From assembly GCA_964650295.1 (NCBI GenBank), contig CAZYSY010000095.1, positions 74 through 64,073 of the forward strand: a stretch of 64,000 nt of DNA, in the 5' to 3' direction. Below, in pieces: positions 8,958 to 19,000 of this stretch (position 1 is its first letter; every line of letters starts with the position of its first letter). Below the pieces are notes generated by a model, which searched no databases, was not told the DNA's origin, and was given only the letters and a program-made list of their open reading frames with translations. The translations under genes were made by a program, and so were the position numbers. Source of the DNA: an uncultured Caldilineales bacterium (GTDB lineage Bacteria; Chloroflexota; Anaerolineae; J102).

Positions 8958-11900
8958 ATGGCAGAGAAATCATCCCAAGCGATCCTAATCAAAAAAGCCC
9001 TGCTCAAAATCCAGAGGCTAGAAAGAGAACTGGCTGAAGTCCGAAAAGCAAAGGAGCAAGCGACGGGTGAGCCAATTGCCATTATCGGAATGGGGGTGCG
9101 TATGCCCGGTATGCAGGGGCGGGGGCCAGATGCGTTCTGGCAGATGCTGCATGAGGGGGTGGATGGCGTTACCGAGCCGCCACCGCAGCGTTGGGATGTC
9201 GATATGTTTTATGATCCACAGGGCGGACCTGGCAAAATGATCACCCGGTGGGGGGGCTTCTTGTCAGATGTGGATCAATTCGACGCTGCTTTTTTTGGCA
9301 TTTCTCCACGCGAGGCTGAGCGCATGGATCCTCAGCAGCGATTGTTGCTGGAAACTGTGTGGGAGGCGCTGGAAGATGCGGGAATATCTGTCGATGCCGT
9401 GGCTGGCACCAAAACTGGCGTGTTCGTGGGGGTTTCTAACAATGATTATAGCCGTCTGCAGGCTCGAATGCCAGGCTCCATTCAGCAGATCGATCCTTAC
9501 ACCGGCACAGGTAATGCTTTCAGCATCGTGGCCAATCGGCTATCCTATCTTCTGGATGTGCGCGGTCCTAGCATGGCCATTGATACGGCATGTTCCTCAT
9601 CGCTGGTGACAGCACATCTGGCCGCGAGCAGCCTGCGCCATAACGAATGCGATCTGGCGCTGGCGGCGGGGGTGAATCTTATCCTTTCACCTGAACTTAC
9701 CATCACGTTCTCTCAGGCGGGGATGTTATCTCCTGAGGGGCGCTGCAAGACTTTCGATGCCGCAGCCGATGGTTATGTCCGGGGCGAGGGCGTGGGTGTG
9801 ATTGTTCTTAAACGTCTCTCCGACGCCCTGCGGGATGGCGATCATATCTGGGCATTGATTCATGGCTCCGCCATCAACCAGGATGGTCACAGTAATGGTT
9901 TGACCGCACCCAATGGGCTCTCGCAGCAGGCTGTTATTCGGGCGGCCTGGGCTGAGGCCAAACTCAGACCTGAGCAAGCAGGATATATCGAGGCTCATGG
10001 CACTGGTACACATTTGGGCGATCCCATCGAGATGGAGGCCCTGGCAGCGGTGATGGCCCGCCGCAATATCGAGCAGCCTGTGTGGGTGGGGTCAGTCAAG
10101 ACGAATATCGGGCATCTGGAATCTGCCGCGGGGGTGGCAGGGCTGATCAAAGCGGCCCTTTCGCTGTATCACCAGGAGATACCGCCGCATTTGCATTTCC
10201 GACGTATCAATCCCCACATTCCCATCGAGCGTATGCCGTTGGCCATCCCCACTTCGCCTGTGCCCTGGCCTCGGGGGGAGCATCCCCGCTACGCGGGCGT
10301 GAGCTCTTTTGGTTTTGGCGGAACTAACGCCCACATCGTTTTGGGTGAGGCGCCCGTGACACAACCGGTACAACCACAGGATCGTACAGGTTATGTGCTG
10401 GCGTTGTCGGCCCAAGATGAAGGCGCGCTCAACGAGCTGGCCTCCTCTTACGCCCTTTTTTTGGATGATAATCCCGATCTTCCTTTGGTGGATGTATGCT
10501 ACAATGCTGCGACCACGCGTACGCATTTCGATGTGCGCCTGGCTGTTGTCGCTGAAGATCGAGCTGAATTGCGAGCCAGATTGCAAGAAGTCGCCCAGAG
10601 ACGGATGGGACTGGGCGTGCGTCGAGGACGCGTGCGCCGGGGAAAACGCCGCAAATTGGTTTGGCTTTTTACCGGACAAGGGGCGCAATACGCCAATATG
10701 GGCCGCGAGCTTTATGCCACTGAACCTGCGTTCCGAGCAGCGCTGGATGAGGTCGCGACAGCCTTGGACGCACATCTTTCTACTCCCCTTTTCAACATCC
10801 TTTTCCCGGCCGCAGCCGATGATCCCCGCATCCATGAGACCGAATTCACCCAACCAGCACTGTTCGCCATCGAGTATGCGTTGGCGCAGTTGTGGCGAAG
10901 CTGGGGGTTAACGCCCGACTTCGTGCTGGGACATAGCGTGGGCGAGTACGTGGCGGCAGTGATCGCTGGGGTCATGAGCCTAGCCGATGGCGCAACGCTG
11001 ATCGCCGCTCGTGGACGGTTGATGCAGACTTTACCGCGTGAGGGCTCCATGGCTGTGCTGTTTGCATCAGTCGCTGATGTGGCTCCAGTTGTGGCTCTTT
11101 TTGCTGACGATCTCGCTATTGCTGGTGTCAATGGGCCCAAAAATACGGTCATCTCAGGCCGCACCAAAGCTGTCGAGGCGGCAGTGACCCAATTCGAGGC
11201 TCAGGGTATCACGGCGCGCCGACTCAGAGTCTCACATGCATTTCATTCACCTTTGATGGAGCCGATGCTCGATGAATTCGAGGCCATCGCTCGCACTATT
11301 TCCTTCAAAGCGCCCGACATCCGCATGGTCTCAAATGTCACGGGAAGAATATTCGCTGAAAACGAGATTCCCGACGCCGAATATTGGCGGCGACACATCA
11401 TGGCTGCTGTGCAGTTCGAGGCGAGCATGCATGCGGTGAATGCTCGTGGCGCCCAGGTTTATCTCGAGGTGGGGCCACATCCTGCGCTCATTGGCATGGG
11501 CCGTCGTCTTCTCGACGATTCCAGTTTGACCTGGGTGGGTTCATTGCATCGTGAAGAGAAAGATCGAGTTGCAATTCTGGAGGCTGTGGCGGGATTGTAT
11601 GCTGGCGGTGTGCAGGTGGATTGGCGTGCATTTTATCCAGGGAAGCATCAACGCGTGCGACTTCCACTCTATCCCTTCCAGCAAAAGCGTTATTGGTTCG
11701 CCGCCACGCCCACTTGGGACGATGGGCTGAAGCTCGAATTGGAGCAGGTTTTGCCCACTGCCAGGGTGCAAGTAGTGGACGAAGCGGGCAATATCCTGCT
11801 CGAAAGTGAGCAACTTCATATGGCCAGGTTGCCAGATGGGCGGCGGGCGCTAGTGTTGGATGAGAAAGTGAGCGCGTCTGATATCGTGGTTGCTACAACC

Positions 11901-14900
11901 GAGACGCATGACGAACGCATCACGCCTGAGCAGTTGCGCACGATTGAGGCTGAGCAGAGGGAGATAGCGTTATCGCTGTATCTACGCCAAAAATTGGGCG
12001 ATGTGTTACGGATGGCGCCCGATGAGATTCCTGCCGATCAGCCCCTCATCTACCTGGGGATGGATTCGATTATGGCGGTGGAGCTGAAACATACAGTGGA
12101 GCAAGAGTTGAGTGTGGAGATTCCCATCGCCGAGTTGGTGCGGGGGCCCAGCGTCGAGGAATTAGTAACGCTGATTTCATCACAACTTTTGCACACAGAG
12201 GCTCGTGCTGATTCATTGGTTGTCTCGACTGAAGCGCAGAGAGATCATCCCTTGTCGCATGGGCAACGGGCCATGTGGTTTCAGCATCAAGTGTCACCCG
12301 ATAGCATCTTCAACCCCACCTATGCCGCGCGCGTCAGAGCTCCACTGGATGTCGAGCGTCTACAAGCACGTTTCGATCTACTCTTCCGACGGCATCCTTC
12401 TTTACGCACCACCTTTTTTGCTGTGGGCGGCGAGCCGCGTCAACGTACCCATGAGGAAATTCCTCCATATTTCTTTGTAGTTGATGCTCGGGGTTGGGAT
12501 GATGGGCGATTACAACAGGAGCTGGATCGTCTCGCCAACCAACCATTCAACTTGCAAACCGGTCCATTGTTGCGACTTTACGTGTTCGAGTTGGCTGAGG
12601 ATGACCACGCACTTTTGCTTCACGCCCATCACATTGTCGTAGATTTGTGGTCACTGGCGATATTGCTGGGCGAACTGGCATCCATTTGGCCTGCCGCGGA
12701 TCCTGAACACATATTGGCGCCGGCAACCATCCGCTACACCGATTTCGTGCAATGGCAGTTGCAGATGTTGGCGGGCGTTCGGGGTGAAAAACTGTGGGCC
12801 TATTGGCGCGATCGTCTGGCTGGCGATTTGCCCCTGCTCAATCTCCCCACCGATCATCCTCGCCCGCCCGTGCAAACGTTTCATGGGGCCACGAAGACCC
12901 TCAAACTAGGACGCACCCTCAGCCATGCGCTCAAGTCGTTATCGGAAAAAAATAGCGTTACCACATTCATGACGTTGCTGGCTGCATTCAATGTGTTGTT
13001 GCGACGCTATACTGGCCAAGATGACATCATCGTGGGCACGCCAACGGCTGGTCGCACCCAGCCCGGCCTGGATAATGTTGTGGGTTATTTTGTCAACCCG
13101 GTGCCGCTGCGCTCCGACTTATCAGGCAATCCGAAATTTGTGGATTTTCTGGCGCAGATCCAACAGACCGTACTCGATGCACTGACCCATCAAGATTATC
13201 CCTTCAATTTGATGGTTGAAAAACTGGCTCCTGAGCGTAGCGCTGCTTATACGCCGATTTTTCAGGTCATGTTCGTGTTGCAGCGGGCGCATCGTTTGCA
13301 TGAGGAGGGGCTTTCGCAATTTGCCCTGGATACGGAAGGATTGAGGATGGATTTGGCGGGCCTGCCGCTGAGCTCGCTTCACATCCAGGAGCAGAAGACG
13401 CCCATGGATTTGACCATGCTCATGGCCGAAGCTGGCAATGAACTGGCGGCATCCATCACCTACAATACCGATCTGTTCGAAGATCGCACCATCACCCGTA
13501 TGTTGCGTCATTTTCAAATGCTGTTACAGCGAATTGTAGATGATCCCGCCACGCCCATCGGCAATTTGCGCATGCTGACCGACACTGAACAGCGCACCCT
13601 GGTCGTGGACTGGAACTACACTCAGGCCCCTGTGCCCCAACGCTATTTCCATCAATTGGTGGAATCGCATGCCGCCAGGCGGCCTCGCGCCATTGCCCTG
13701 ACCGATGAGACCCAGGTATTGAGTTATGGCGAATTGAATCGGCGCGCCAATCAACTCGCTCATTATTTGCAGGCCAAGGGCGTTGGCCTGGATATGCCAG
13801 TGGGCATTATGCTGCCTCGTTCCCCGCAGATGATCGTGGCGTTGCTGGCAGTATTGAAGGCTGGCGGCGCTTACCTCCCCATCGATTCAACGTATCCGCC
13901 CGAACGCATTCGCTACATGATCGAAGACAGCGGCATTCAGTTTTTGCTGACAACAACAGAGATGATCTCCCAGTGGGGAGAAGAACGCACCAGCACCCCT
14001 TTGGCCTCGGTGCAAAATTTGATTTTATTGGATGCCAACGCCGCCGAGATTGAGCTCCACCCAATCATCAATCCCGATGTTGACATCACTCCCGACCACC
14101 TGGCCTACATCATCTACACCTCTGGTTCGACGGGCAGGCCCAAGGGGGTAATGCTTCATCACCGCGGCTTGATGAATTTCATTGCCGGGCAGCGAAAAGC
14201 TTATGGGGGCGACATTCGCATCAAGGTATTGCAATTCGCCTCCTTCAGTTTCGACGCTGCCACCAGCGAGATTGTGTGGGCATTGGCCAATGGCGGTTCG
14301 CTGCATCTGGCCGATCGTGCCACGTTGCTTTCGGAAAAAAAATTGGCGCAGCTGATGCGATTGCGTCAGATCAACGCAGCCATTCTGCCGCCCACCATCC
14401 TCAAAGATTATGACGCCTCCCGGTTCCCTATGCTGCGGACGGTGGTTTCGGCTGGCGAAGCCTGTACCTGGGATATCGTCGAAAAATGGTTGCCTGGGCG
14501 CACCTTCATCAACGGCTATGGCCCTACCGAGGCCACCATTGGCCCCACCAGCTACCGGGTGCGCCGCATCCTCAGCACCTCAACAGTGCCTGTTGGACGC
14601 CCGTTGGACAATGTGCGCGTGTATTTGCTGGATGAATTCTTGCAACCTGTGCCAGTGGGCGTGCCGGGTGAAATTTACATCGGCGGGCCCGGCGTAGCCC
14701 GGGGCTATCTTAATCGTCCAGAAATTACAGCTGAGCGGTTTATTCCAGATTCGTTTGCGTTGAAGGCTGGCGCGCGTATGTATCGCACCGGAGATCTGGC
14801 CCGCTGGCTGCCTGATGGCAACATCGAATACCTTGGTCGCGTTGATTTTCAAGTCAAAATTCGCGGCTTTCGGGTAGAGCTGGGTGAGATCGACAACCTG

Positions 14901-15512
14901 CTCCTGCGTCATCCCTCCGTTGAAAACGCCGTCACTTTGGCTTTGACTGATTCACCAGGCGGTCCGCGTTTGGTCTCCTATGTGCTGCCGCGACCAGAGC
15001 AAAATTTGACGTCGGGCGAGCTACGGGCATTTGTTGAAAAGGATCTGCCCGATTATATGGTTCCATCCTTCTTTGTGATCATGGACGCATTCCCCCTTTC
15101 GCCCAACGGTAAAGTGGATCGCAAGCGTCTGCCCATCCCTTCGGCCAATCGACCTGAGCTGGCCACCGATTATGTCCCCCCCCGCAATGAGGTGGAGCGC
15201 AAAATCGCGGCCATCTGGCAAGAAGTGTTGGGCATTGACAACGTTGGCGTGCATGATAACTTCTTCGAGCTCGGCGGACACTCGCTCCTGCTCGCCAAAG
15301 TCAATGATCAGTTGGAGAGCACATTCGAACAGTCCTTCAATATGGTGGATATGTTCCGATACCCCACCATTGCCGATCTCGCCCAACATCTTTCACACGA
15401 AATTCAGCAAACTTCTCTCACCGACGAAGCCAGACGTCGTGCAGAGAAACAGCGCAAGCAGCGCCGCCGTCGCCAACGCCCCTCGGCGCGAGGCGGAAAG
15501 GCAAATACATAA
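8958..15512 (+). CDS. Hybrid PKS-NRPS: KS-AT-ACP (M2, no reductive domains) fused to C-A-PCP (M3)
   Basis: 2184-aa ORF. N-terminal coiled-coil-like docking 'LIKKALLKIQRLERELAEVRKAKE'. KS 'DTACSSSLVTAH'. AT 'GHSVGEY' and 'SHAFHSPLM'. ACP 'LGMDSIMAVELKH'. C 'HAHHIVVDLWS'. A 'YIIYTSGSTGRPKGV'. PCP 'FFELGGHSLLLAKV'. Very basic C-terminal tail 'RRRAEKQRKQRRRRQRPSARGGKANT'. Confidence 0.95.
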   Translation: MAEKSSQAILIKKALLKIQRLERELAEVRKAKEQATGEPIAIIGMGVRMPGMQGRGPDAFWQMLHEGVDGVTEPPPQRWDVDMFYDPQGGPGKMITRWGGFLSDVDQFDAAFFGISPREAERMDPQQRLLLETVWEALEDAGISVDAVAGTKTGVFVGVSNNDYSRLQARMPGSIQQIDPYTGTGNAFSIVANRLSYLLDVRGPSMAIDTACSSSLVTAHLAASSLRHNECDLALAAGVNLILSPELTITFSQAGMLSPEGRCKTFDAAADGYVRGEGVGVIVLKRLSDALRDGDHIWALIHGSAINQDGHSNGLTAPNGLSQQAVIRAAWAEAKLRPEQAGYIEAHGTGTHLGDPIEMEALAAVMARRNIEQPVWVGSVKTNIGHLESAAGVAGLIKAALSLYHQEIPPHLHFRRINPHIPIERMPLAIPTSPVPWPRGEHPRYAGVSSFGFGGTNAHIVLGEAPVTQPVQPQDRTGYVLALSAQDEGALNELASSYALFLDDNPDLPLVDVCYNAATTRTHFDVRLAVVAEDRAELRARLQEVAQRRMGLGVRRGRVRRGKRRKLVWLFTGQGAQYANMGRELYATEPAFRAALDEVATALDAHLSTPLFNILFPAAADDPRIHETEFTQPALFAIEYALAQLWRSWGLTPDFVLGHSVGEYVAAVIAGVMSLADGATLIAARGRLMQTLPREGSMAVLFASVADVAPVVALFADDLAIAGVNGPKNTVISGRTKAVEAAVTQFEAQGITARRLRVSHAFHSPLMEPMLDEFEAIARTISFKAPDIRMVSNVTGRIFAENEIPDAEYWRRHIMAAVQFEASMHAVNARGAQVYLEVGPHPALIGMGRRLLDDSSLTWVGSLHREEKDRVAILEAVAGLYAGGVQVDWRAFYPGKHQRVRLPLYPFQQKRYWFAATPTWDDGLKLELEQVLPTARVQVVDEAGNILLESEQLHMARLPDGRRALVLDEKVSASDIVVATTETHDERITPEQLRTIEAEQREIALSLYLRQKLGDVLRMAPDEIPADQPLIYLGMDSIMAVELKHTVEQELSVEIPIAELVRGPSVEELVTLISSQLLHTEARADSLVVSTEAQRDHPLSHGQRAMWFQHQVSPDSIFNPTYAARVRAPLDVERLQARFDLLFRRHPSLRTTFFAVGGEPRQRTHEEIPPYFFVVDARGWDDGRLQQELDRLANQPFNLQTGPLLRLYVFELAEDDHALLLHAHHIVVDLWSLAILLGELASIWPAADPEHILAPATIRYTDFVQWQLQMLAGVRGEKLWAYWRDRLAGDLPLLNLPTDHPRPPVQTFHGATKTLKLGRTLSHALKSLSEKNSVTTFMTLLAAFNVLLRRYTGQDDIIVGTPTAGRTQPGLDNVVGYFVNPVPLRSDLSGNPKFVDFLAQIQQTVLDALTHQDYPFNLMVEKLAPERSAAYTPIFQVMFVLQRAHRLHEEGLSQFALDTEGLRMDLAGLPLSSLHIQEQKTPMDLTMLMAEAGNELAASITYNTDLFEDRTITRMLRHFQMLLQRIVDDPATPIGNLRMLTDTEQRTLVVDWNYTQAPVPQRYFHQLVESHAARRPRAIALTDETQVLSYGELNRRANQLAHYLQAKGVGLDMPVGIMLPRSPQMIVALLAVLKAGGAYLPIDSTYPPERIRYMIEDSGIQFLLTTTEMISQWGEERTSTPLASVQNLILLDANAAEIELHPIINPDVDITPDHLAYIIYTSGSTGRPKGVMLHHRGLMNFIAGQRKAYGGDIRIKVLQFASFSFDAATSEIVWALANGGSLHLADRATLLSEKKLAQLMRLRQINAAILPPTILKDYDASRFPMLRTVVSAGEACTWDIVEKWLPGRTFINGYGPTEATIGPTSYRVRRILSTSTVPVGRPLDNVRVYLLDEFLQPVPVGVPGEIYIGGPGVARGYLNRPEITAERFIPDSFALKAGARMYRTGDLARWLPDGNIEYLGRVDFQVKIRGFRVELGEIDNLLLRHPSVENAVTLALTDSPGGPRLVSYVLPRPEQNLTSGELRAFVEKDLPDYMVPSFFVIMDAFPLSPNGKVDRKRLPIPSANRPELATDYVPPRNEVERKIAAIWQEVLGIDNVGVHDNFFELGGHSLLLAKVNDQLESTFEQSFNMVDMFRYPTIADLAQHLSHEIQQTSLTDEARRRAEKQRKQRRRRQRPSARGGKANT
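9068..10350 (+). other. Ketosynthase domain, M2
   Basis: 'EPIAIIGMGVRMPG', 'DTACSSSLVTAH', 'EAHGTGTHLGDPIE', 'KTNIGHLESAAG', 'FGFGGTNAHIVLGEAP'. Confidence 0.95.
10655..11635 (+). other. Acyltransferase domain, M2, malonyl-type
   Basis: 'LVWLFTGQGAQYANMG', 'GHSVGEYVAAVIAG', 'VSHAFHSPLM'. Confidence 0.85.
11960..12190 (+). other. ACP domain, M2
   Basis: 'PLIYLGMDSIMAVELKHTVE'. Only about 110 aa of linker separates it from the AT, too short for KR, DH or an aminotransferase. Confidence 0.85.
12243..13560 (+). other. Condensation domain, M3 (polyketide-donor type), variant active site HHIVVDLWS
   Basis: 'HPLSHGQRAMWFQHQ' and the active-site motif at 12627-12653, where Leu replaces the usual Gly of HHxxxDG. 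The codons were read directly from the DNA. Confidence 0.85.
13648..15135 (+). other. Adenylation domain, M3; code DASIVAGIGK (Tyr/aromatic-like, uncertain)
   Basis: Anchors: 'FSFDAATSE', 'AAILPPT', 'VVSAGEA', 'INGYGPTEATIG', 'NGKVDR'. The nearest codes I recall are Tyr DASTVAAVCK and Bht/Tyr DASTLGAIGK. The match is only partial. Confidence 0.8.
15195..15395 (+). other. PCP domain, M3
   Basis: 'IWQEVLGIDNVGVHDNFFELGGHSLLLAKV'. Confidence 0.85.
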
Positions 15513-15813
15513 AAAAACGGCTGGGTGAAGTCGCCCAGGAAGCGTTTCAAAATAAGAGCGCTTTTCGCGTTCCTGGCCGACTCAAGTCGGGCGCTTCAGG
15601 CCTGCGGCCCGGGGACTGCCTCCGCCGTTCAGGTCGCCGCAGGGCAACCATGGGCGCTATCTGAACACCTTTCCATAACTCCTTCCCCGCCCATCTCGGA
15701 GCGGGGGAGGAAACTAAGGTGGAGCGGCGTTTGCAGAGCCCGAGTTCACTCGGTCTTGTGCATCATTCGACAACTTGCCCCAAAATTGAAACGCACCCAG
15801 TCGCCCAATTGTA

Positions 15814-15843
15814 TTGGCTTTTTCCTTTTAAATCCAGTATAAT
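15814..15843 (+). promoter_or_regulatory. Candidate sigma70-like internal promoter facing the 16089 gene
   Basis: TTGGCT (15814-15819), 18-nt spacer, perfect TATAAT (15838-15843). It lies in an AT-rich island inside the 576-bp gap between two assembly-line genes. Sequence pattern only. Confidence 0.25.
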
Positions 15844-16088
15844 ATGCTCTAATCTTGATGAGATTCACATCCCGTTTGTTTGGTTCATTATCAAAGCTAT
15901 TTACAGCGATAAAGGTCATTGTTACTCCATCCATTTTCTCATAACGGCTCTCGATTTTTCGGGATGCCATGTTGTCGGGGCTGTGAGTTGAGGAATTTAT
16001 CACATGTCGAGCATCAATAGTCATCGGATGTTGTATATTTTGGCTTGACTTGATGATGAAGCTTACGTTGTTGTTTTAGGAGACTCTT

Positions 16089-19000
16089 ATGAATGACTCG
16101 GGCTTCTCCGAGAGCCATGATTATAACGATCAAGAAATCGACCACGGTTATGATATCGCAGTGATTGGATTGGCTGGCCGTTTCCCTGGCGCCGAAACAA
16201 TTGAGGAATTTTGGCAAAATCTCATCCAGGGAGCCGAGTCGATCCAATTCTTTACGCGGGAGGAAATGGAGGCTGCCGGGGTGGACTCCAAACTGCTGGA
16301 ACATCCACAGTATGTCAACGCGGGGGGACATCTGGATGGCGCCGATCGCTTCGATTCCAGTTTTTTTGGGTTTTATCCACGCGAAGCCGATATTCTTGAT
16401 CCACAACATCGTATCTTTTTGGAGGTCGCCTGGGAAGCCATCGAGCGGGCGGGCTATAATCCTGATATTTACAAAGAGCCCATTGGGGTGTTCGCGGGCA
16501 TGAGCATGGGCTCATATCTCTATTTCAACTTGATGCACAACCGCCTCATCCGTAAGACCGTGCAGCCTTATCAGCTTCCCATGAGTAGCGATAAGGATTT
16601 CCTTACGACGCGAGTCTCTTACAAGCTCAATCTCAAAGGTCCGAGCGTGGATGTACAAACCGCCTGCTCTACTTCGTTGGTGGCGGTGCATTTGGCTTGT
16701 CAGTCATTATTGAATTACGAGTGTGATATGGCGCTGGCTGGCGGCGTTTCGATTCGGATTCCGCAAAAATCAGGCTATCTTTATCAGGAAGGAGGCATAC
16801 TCTCGCCTGATGGCCATTGTCGCCCATTTTCGGCTGACGCCAGGGGCACGGTGAGCGGCGAGGGTGCGGGCGTGGTGGTGCTAAAACGTCTGGAGGATGC
16901 TCTGCGTGATGGCGATACGATTTACGCCGTCATCAAAGGCACGGCTATCAATAATGATGGTGCGGGCAAGGTGGGCTATACGGCTCCAAGCGTGGATGGT
17001 CAGGCCAAAGTCATTGCCAGCGCCCAGGTGCTGGCGGGCGTGGCTCCCTTCGAGATTAGCTATATCGAGGCCCACGGCACCGGCACGATGCTGGGGGATC
17101 CCATCGAAATCGAGGCGCTTTCGCAGGTTTTTCGCGAGCACACCGACGAAAAACAGTTTTGCGCCATTGGTTCGGTCAAGGCCAATATCGGGCATCTGGA
17201 CGCAGCTGCGGGCGTGGCTGGCTTGATAAAAACAGTATTGGCCTTACAACATCGCCAGCTGCCTCCCTCCATCAACTTTACCGCGCCCAACCCGCAGATC
17301 GATTTTGCCGGTAGTCCCTTTTATGTGCAAGAGAAATTGACCGATTGGACCACGGATCGGTTGCCGAGGCGGGCAGGCGTAAGCTCTTTTGGCATGGGAG
17401 GAACCAATGCCCACGCCATCCTGGAAGAAGCGCCCCAGCGACCGGCTTCGGGGCCTTCTCGGGCCTGGCAGCTCATCACCCTTTCGGCCCGCACGCCCGC
17501 AGCCCTGGAGCAAATTACCGATAACTTCGCGATTTATCTACAACAGCATCCTCAGGTGAATCTGGCTGATGCGGCTTACACCCTGAAACTTGGGCGCAAG
17601 ACGTTCAAATATCGCCGCATGTTGGTGGCCCAAACGAGCGCTGAGGTCATCGCTGCAATTGAAAATCGGGACGGCGAGAGGATTTCTGACGCTGTGGAGG
17701 AATTCGAGGGACGGCCTGTGGCCTTCATGTTCAGCGGCCAGGGCGCACAATATGTGAACATGGCTCGCGATCTCTACCAGACTGAGCCAATCTTTGCCGA
17801 GCAGGTGGATCGCTGCGCCCACTTATTGCTCCCACACCTCCAGCTCGATATCCGCAGCCTTATCTTCCCCCCAGCAGAAAAAGAAGATGAGGCATCTGAA
17901 AAACTGCGTCAAACTCAATACACCCAACCCGCCCTCTTCATCATCGAATATGGTCTGGCCCAATTGTGGATGCATTGGGGGGTGCAACCCGCCGCCATGA
18001 TTGGCCATAGCATCGGCGAATATGTGGCCGCCACCCTGGCAGGCGTGTTTTCGTTGGAAGATGCTTTGGCTTTGGTCTCGGCCCGAGGAAAGCTGATGCA
18101 AGCCCTGCCGGGCGGAGCCATGCTCAGCGTGCAGTTGTCCGAAGCTGAGATTCGCCCCTGGTTGGAGACCGACTCCCGTCTCGCTCTGGCGGCCATCAAC
18201 ACCCCTGGCCTGGTGGCAGTTTCGGGGCCGTTCGACGCCATCGACACCTTGGAACAGGCTTTGGAGCAGGCCGGACACGGCGTGCGGAGGCTCCACACCT
18301 CCCATGCGTTCCACTCCGCCATGATGCAACCGATCTTGGAGCCATTCGCCCAACTGGTGGCCCAGGCCGCTCCCAAACCACCCACAACTCGTTTCATCTC
18401 CAATGTCACCGGAGATTGGATCACCGCAGAACAGGCCACTGATCCCACCTATTGGGCGCGGCATTTGCGCCAAACGGTGCGCTTTGCCGATGGCGTGGGG
18501 CAGCTGTTGGCCGATTCGGTCATGGCATTGCTCGAAATTGGACCTGGAAACACCCTGACTCGTCTTGCTGGTTGGCATCCCGCGGCAGGAAAAACGCGCA
18601 TCATTCTCGCTTCCCTGCGCCATCCTCGCACCCAACAACAGGATCAGGCCTTTTTGCTCAGAACATTGGGGCAGATGTGGCTGGCTGGAATTTCGTTGGA
18701 CTGGCAAGCTTTTTACGAAAACGAACGCCGTTATCGCATCCCTCTGCCCACCTACCCCTTCCAACGTCAGCGGCATTGGATTAAGCCTGATATGCGGGAG
18801 CTGGAAAACGTCGGAGGTGAGATGGAATTGATGCTGAGCAAGCGTCAACCGCCTGAAACATGGCTTTATGCACCTTCATGGCGGCGCGCGCCGTTGCCGG
18901 GAAACCTGCCACGGGGCGATCACATCAGCGCCCCCTGGCTCATCTTCCGCGACGAACTCGGCGATCCCATGTTGATGACCTTGTTGCAGGCAGGCTATCC

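Noticed and set aside
11700-11960. Looked for a hidden aminotransferase, KR or other domain between AT and ACP of M2 (beta-amino fatty acid logic as in iturin-type lines)
   Set aside because: Only about 110 aa are available, with no Rossmann or PLP-lysine-type motif. This is consistent with an ordinary post-AT linker.
15525-15842. 105-aa + strand ORF in the 15513-16088 gap
   Set aside because: It spans the hairpin-rich GC segment, is Ala/Arg/Pro-rich without motifs, and crosses the sharp composition change. It is unlikely to be coding.
15746-16024. 92-aa minus-strand ORF in the AT-rich island ('MASRKIESRYEKMDGVTMTFIAVNSFDNEPNKRDVNLIKIRAYY...')
   Set aside because: I compared it from memory with RelE/ParE, HigB, BrnT, HicA and AbrB-type small proteins and found no convincing motif. 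There is no evident RBS. I kept it only as a note inside the intergenic finding, not as a called gene.
17823-18848. 341-aa minus-strand ORF. Similar long antisense ORFs occur at 22332-23456 (374 aa), 32501-33568 (355 aa), 59290-60327 (345 aa), 28307-29191, 10092-10853 and 53620-54345.
   Set aside because: All lie entirely antisense to strongly motif-supported PKS/NRPS domains. They are Arg/Gly/Pro/His-rich, low-complexity translations with no catalytic motifs. These are typical shadow ORFs of GC-rich coding DNA.
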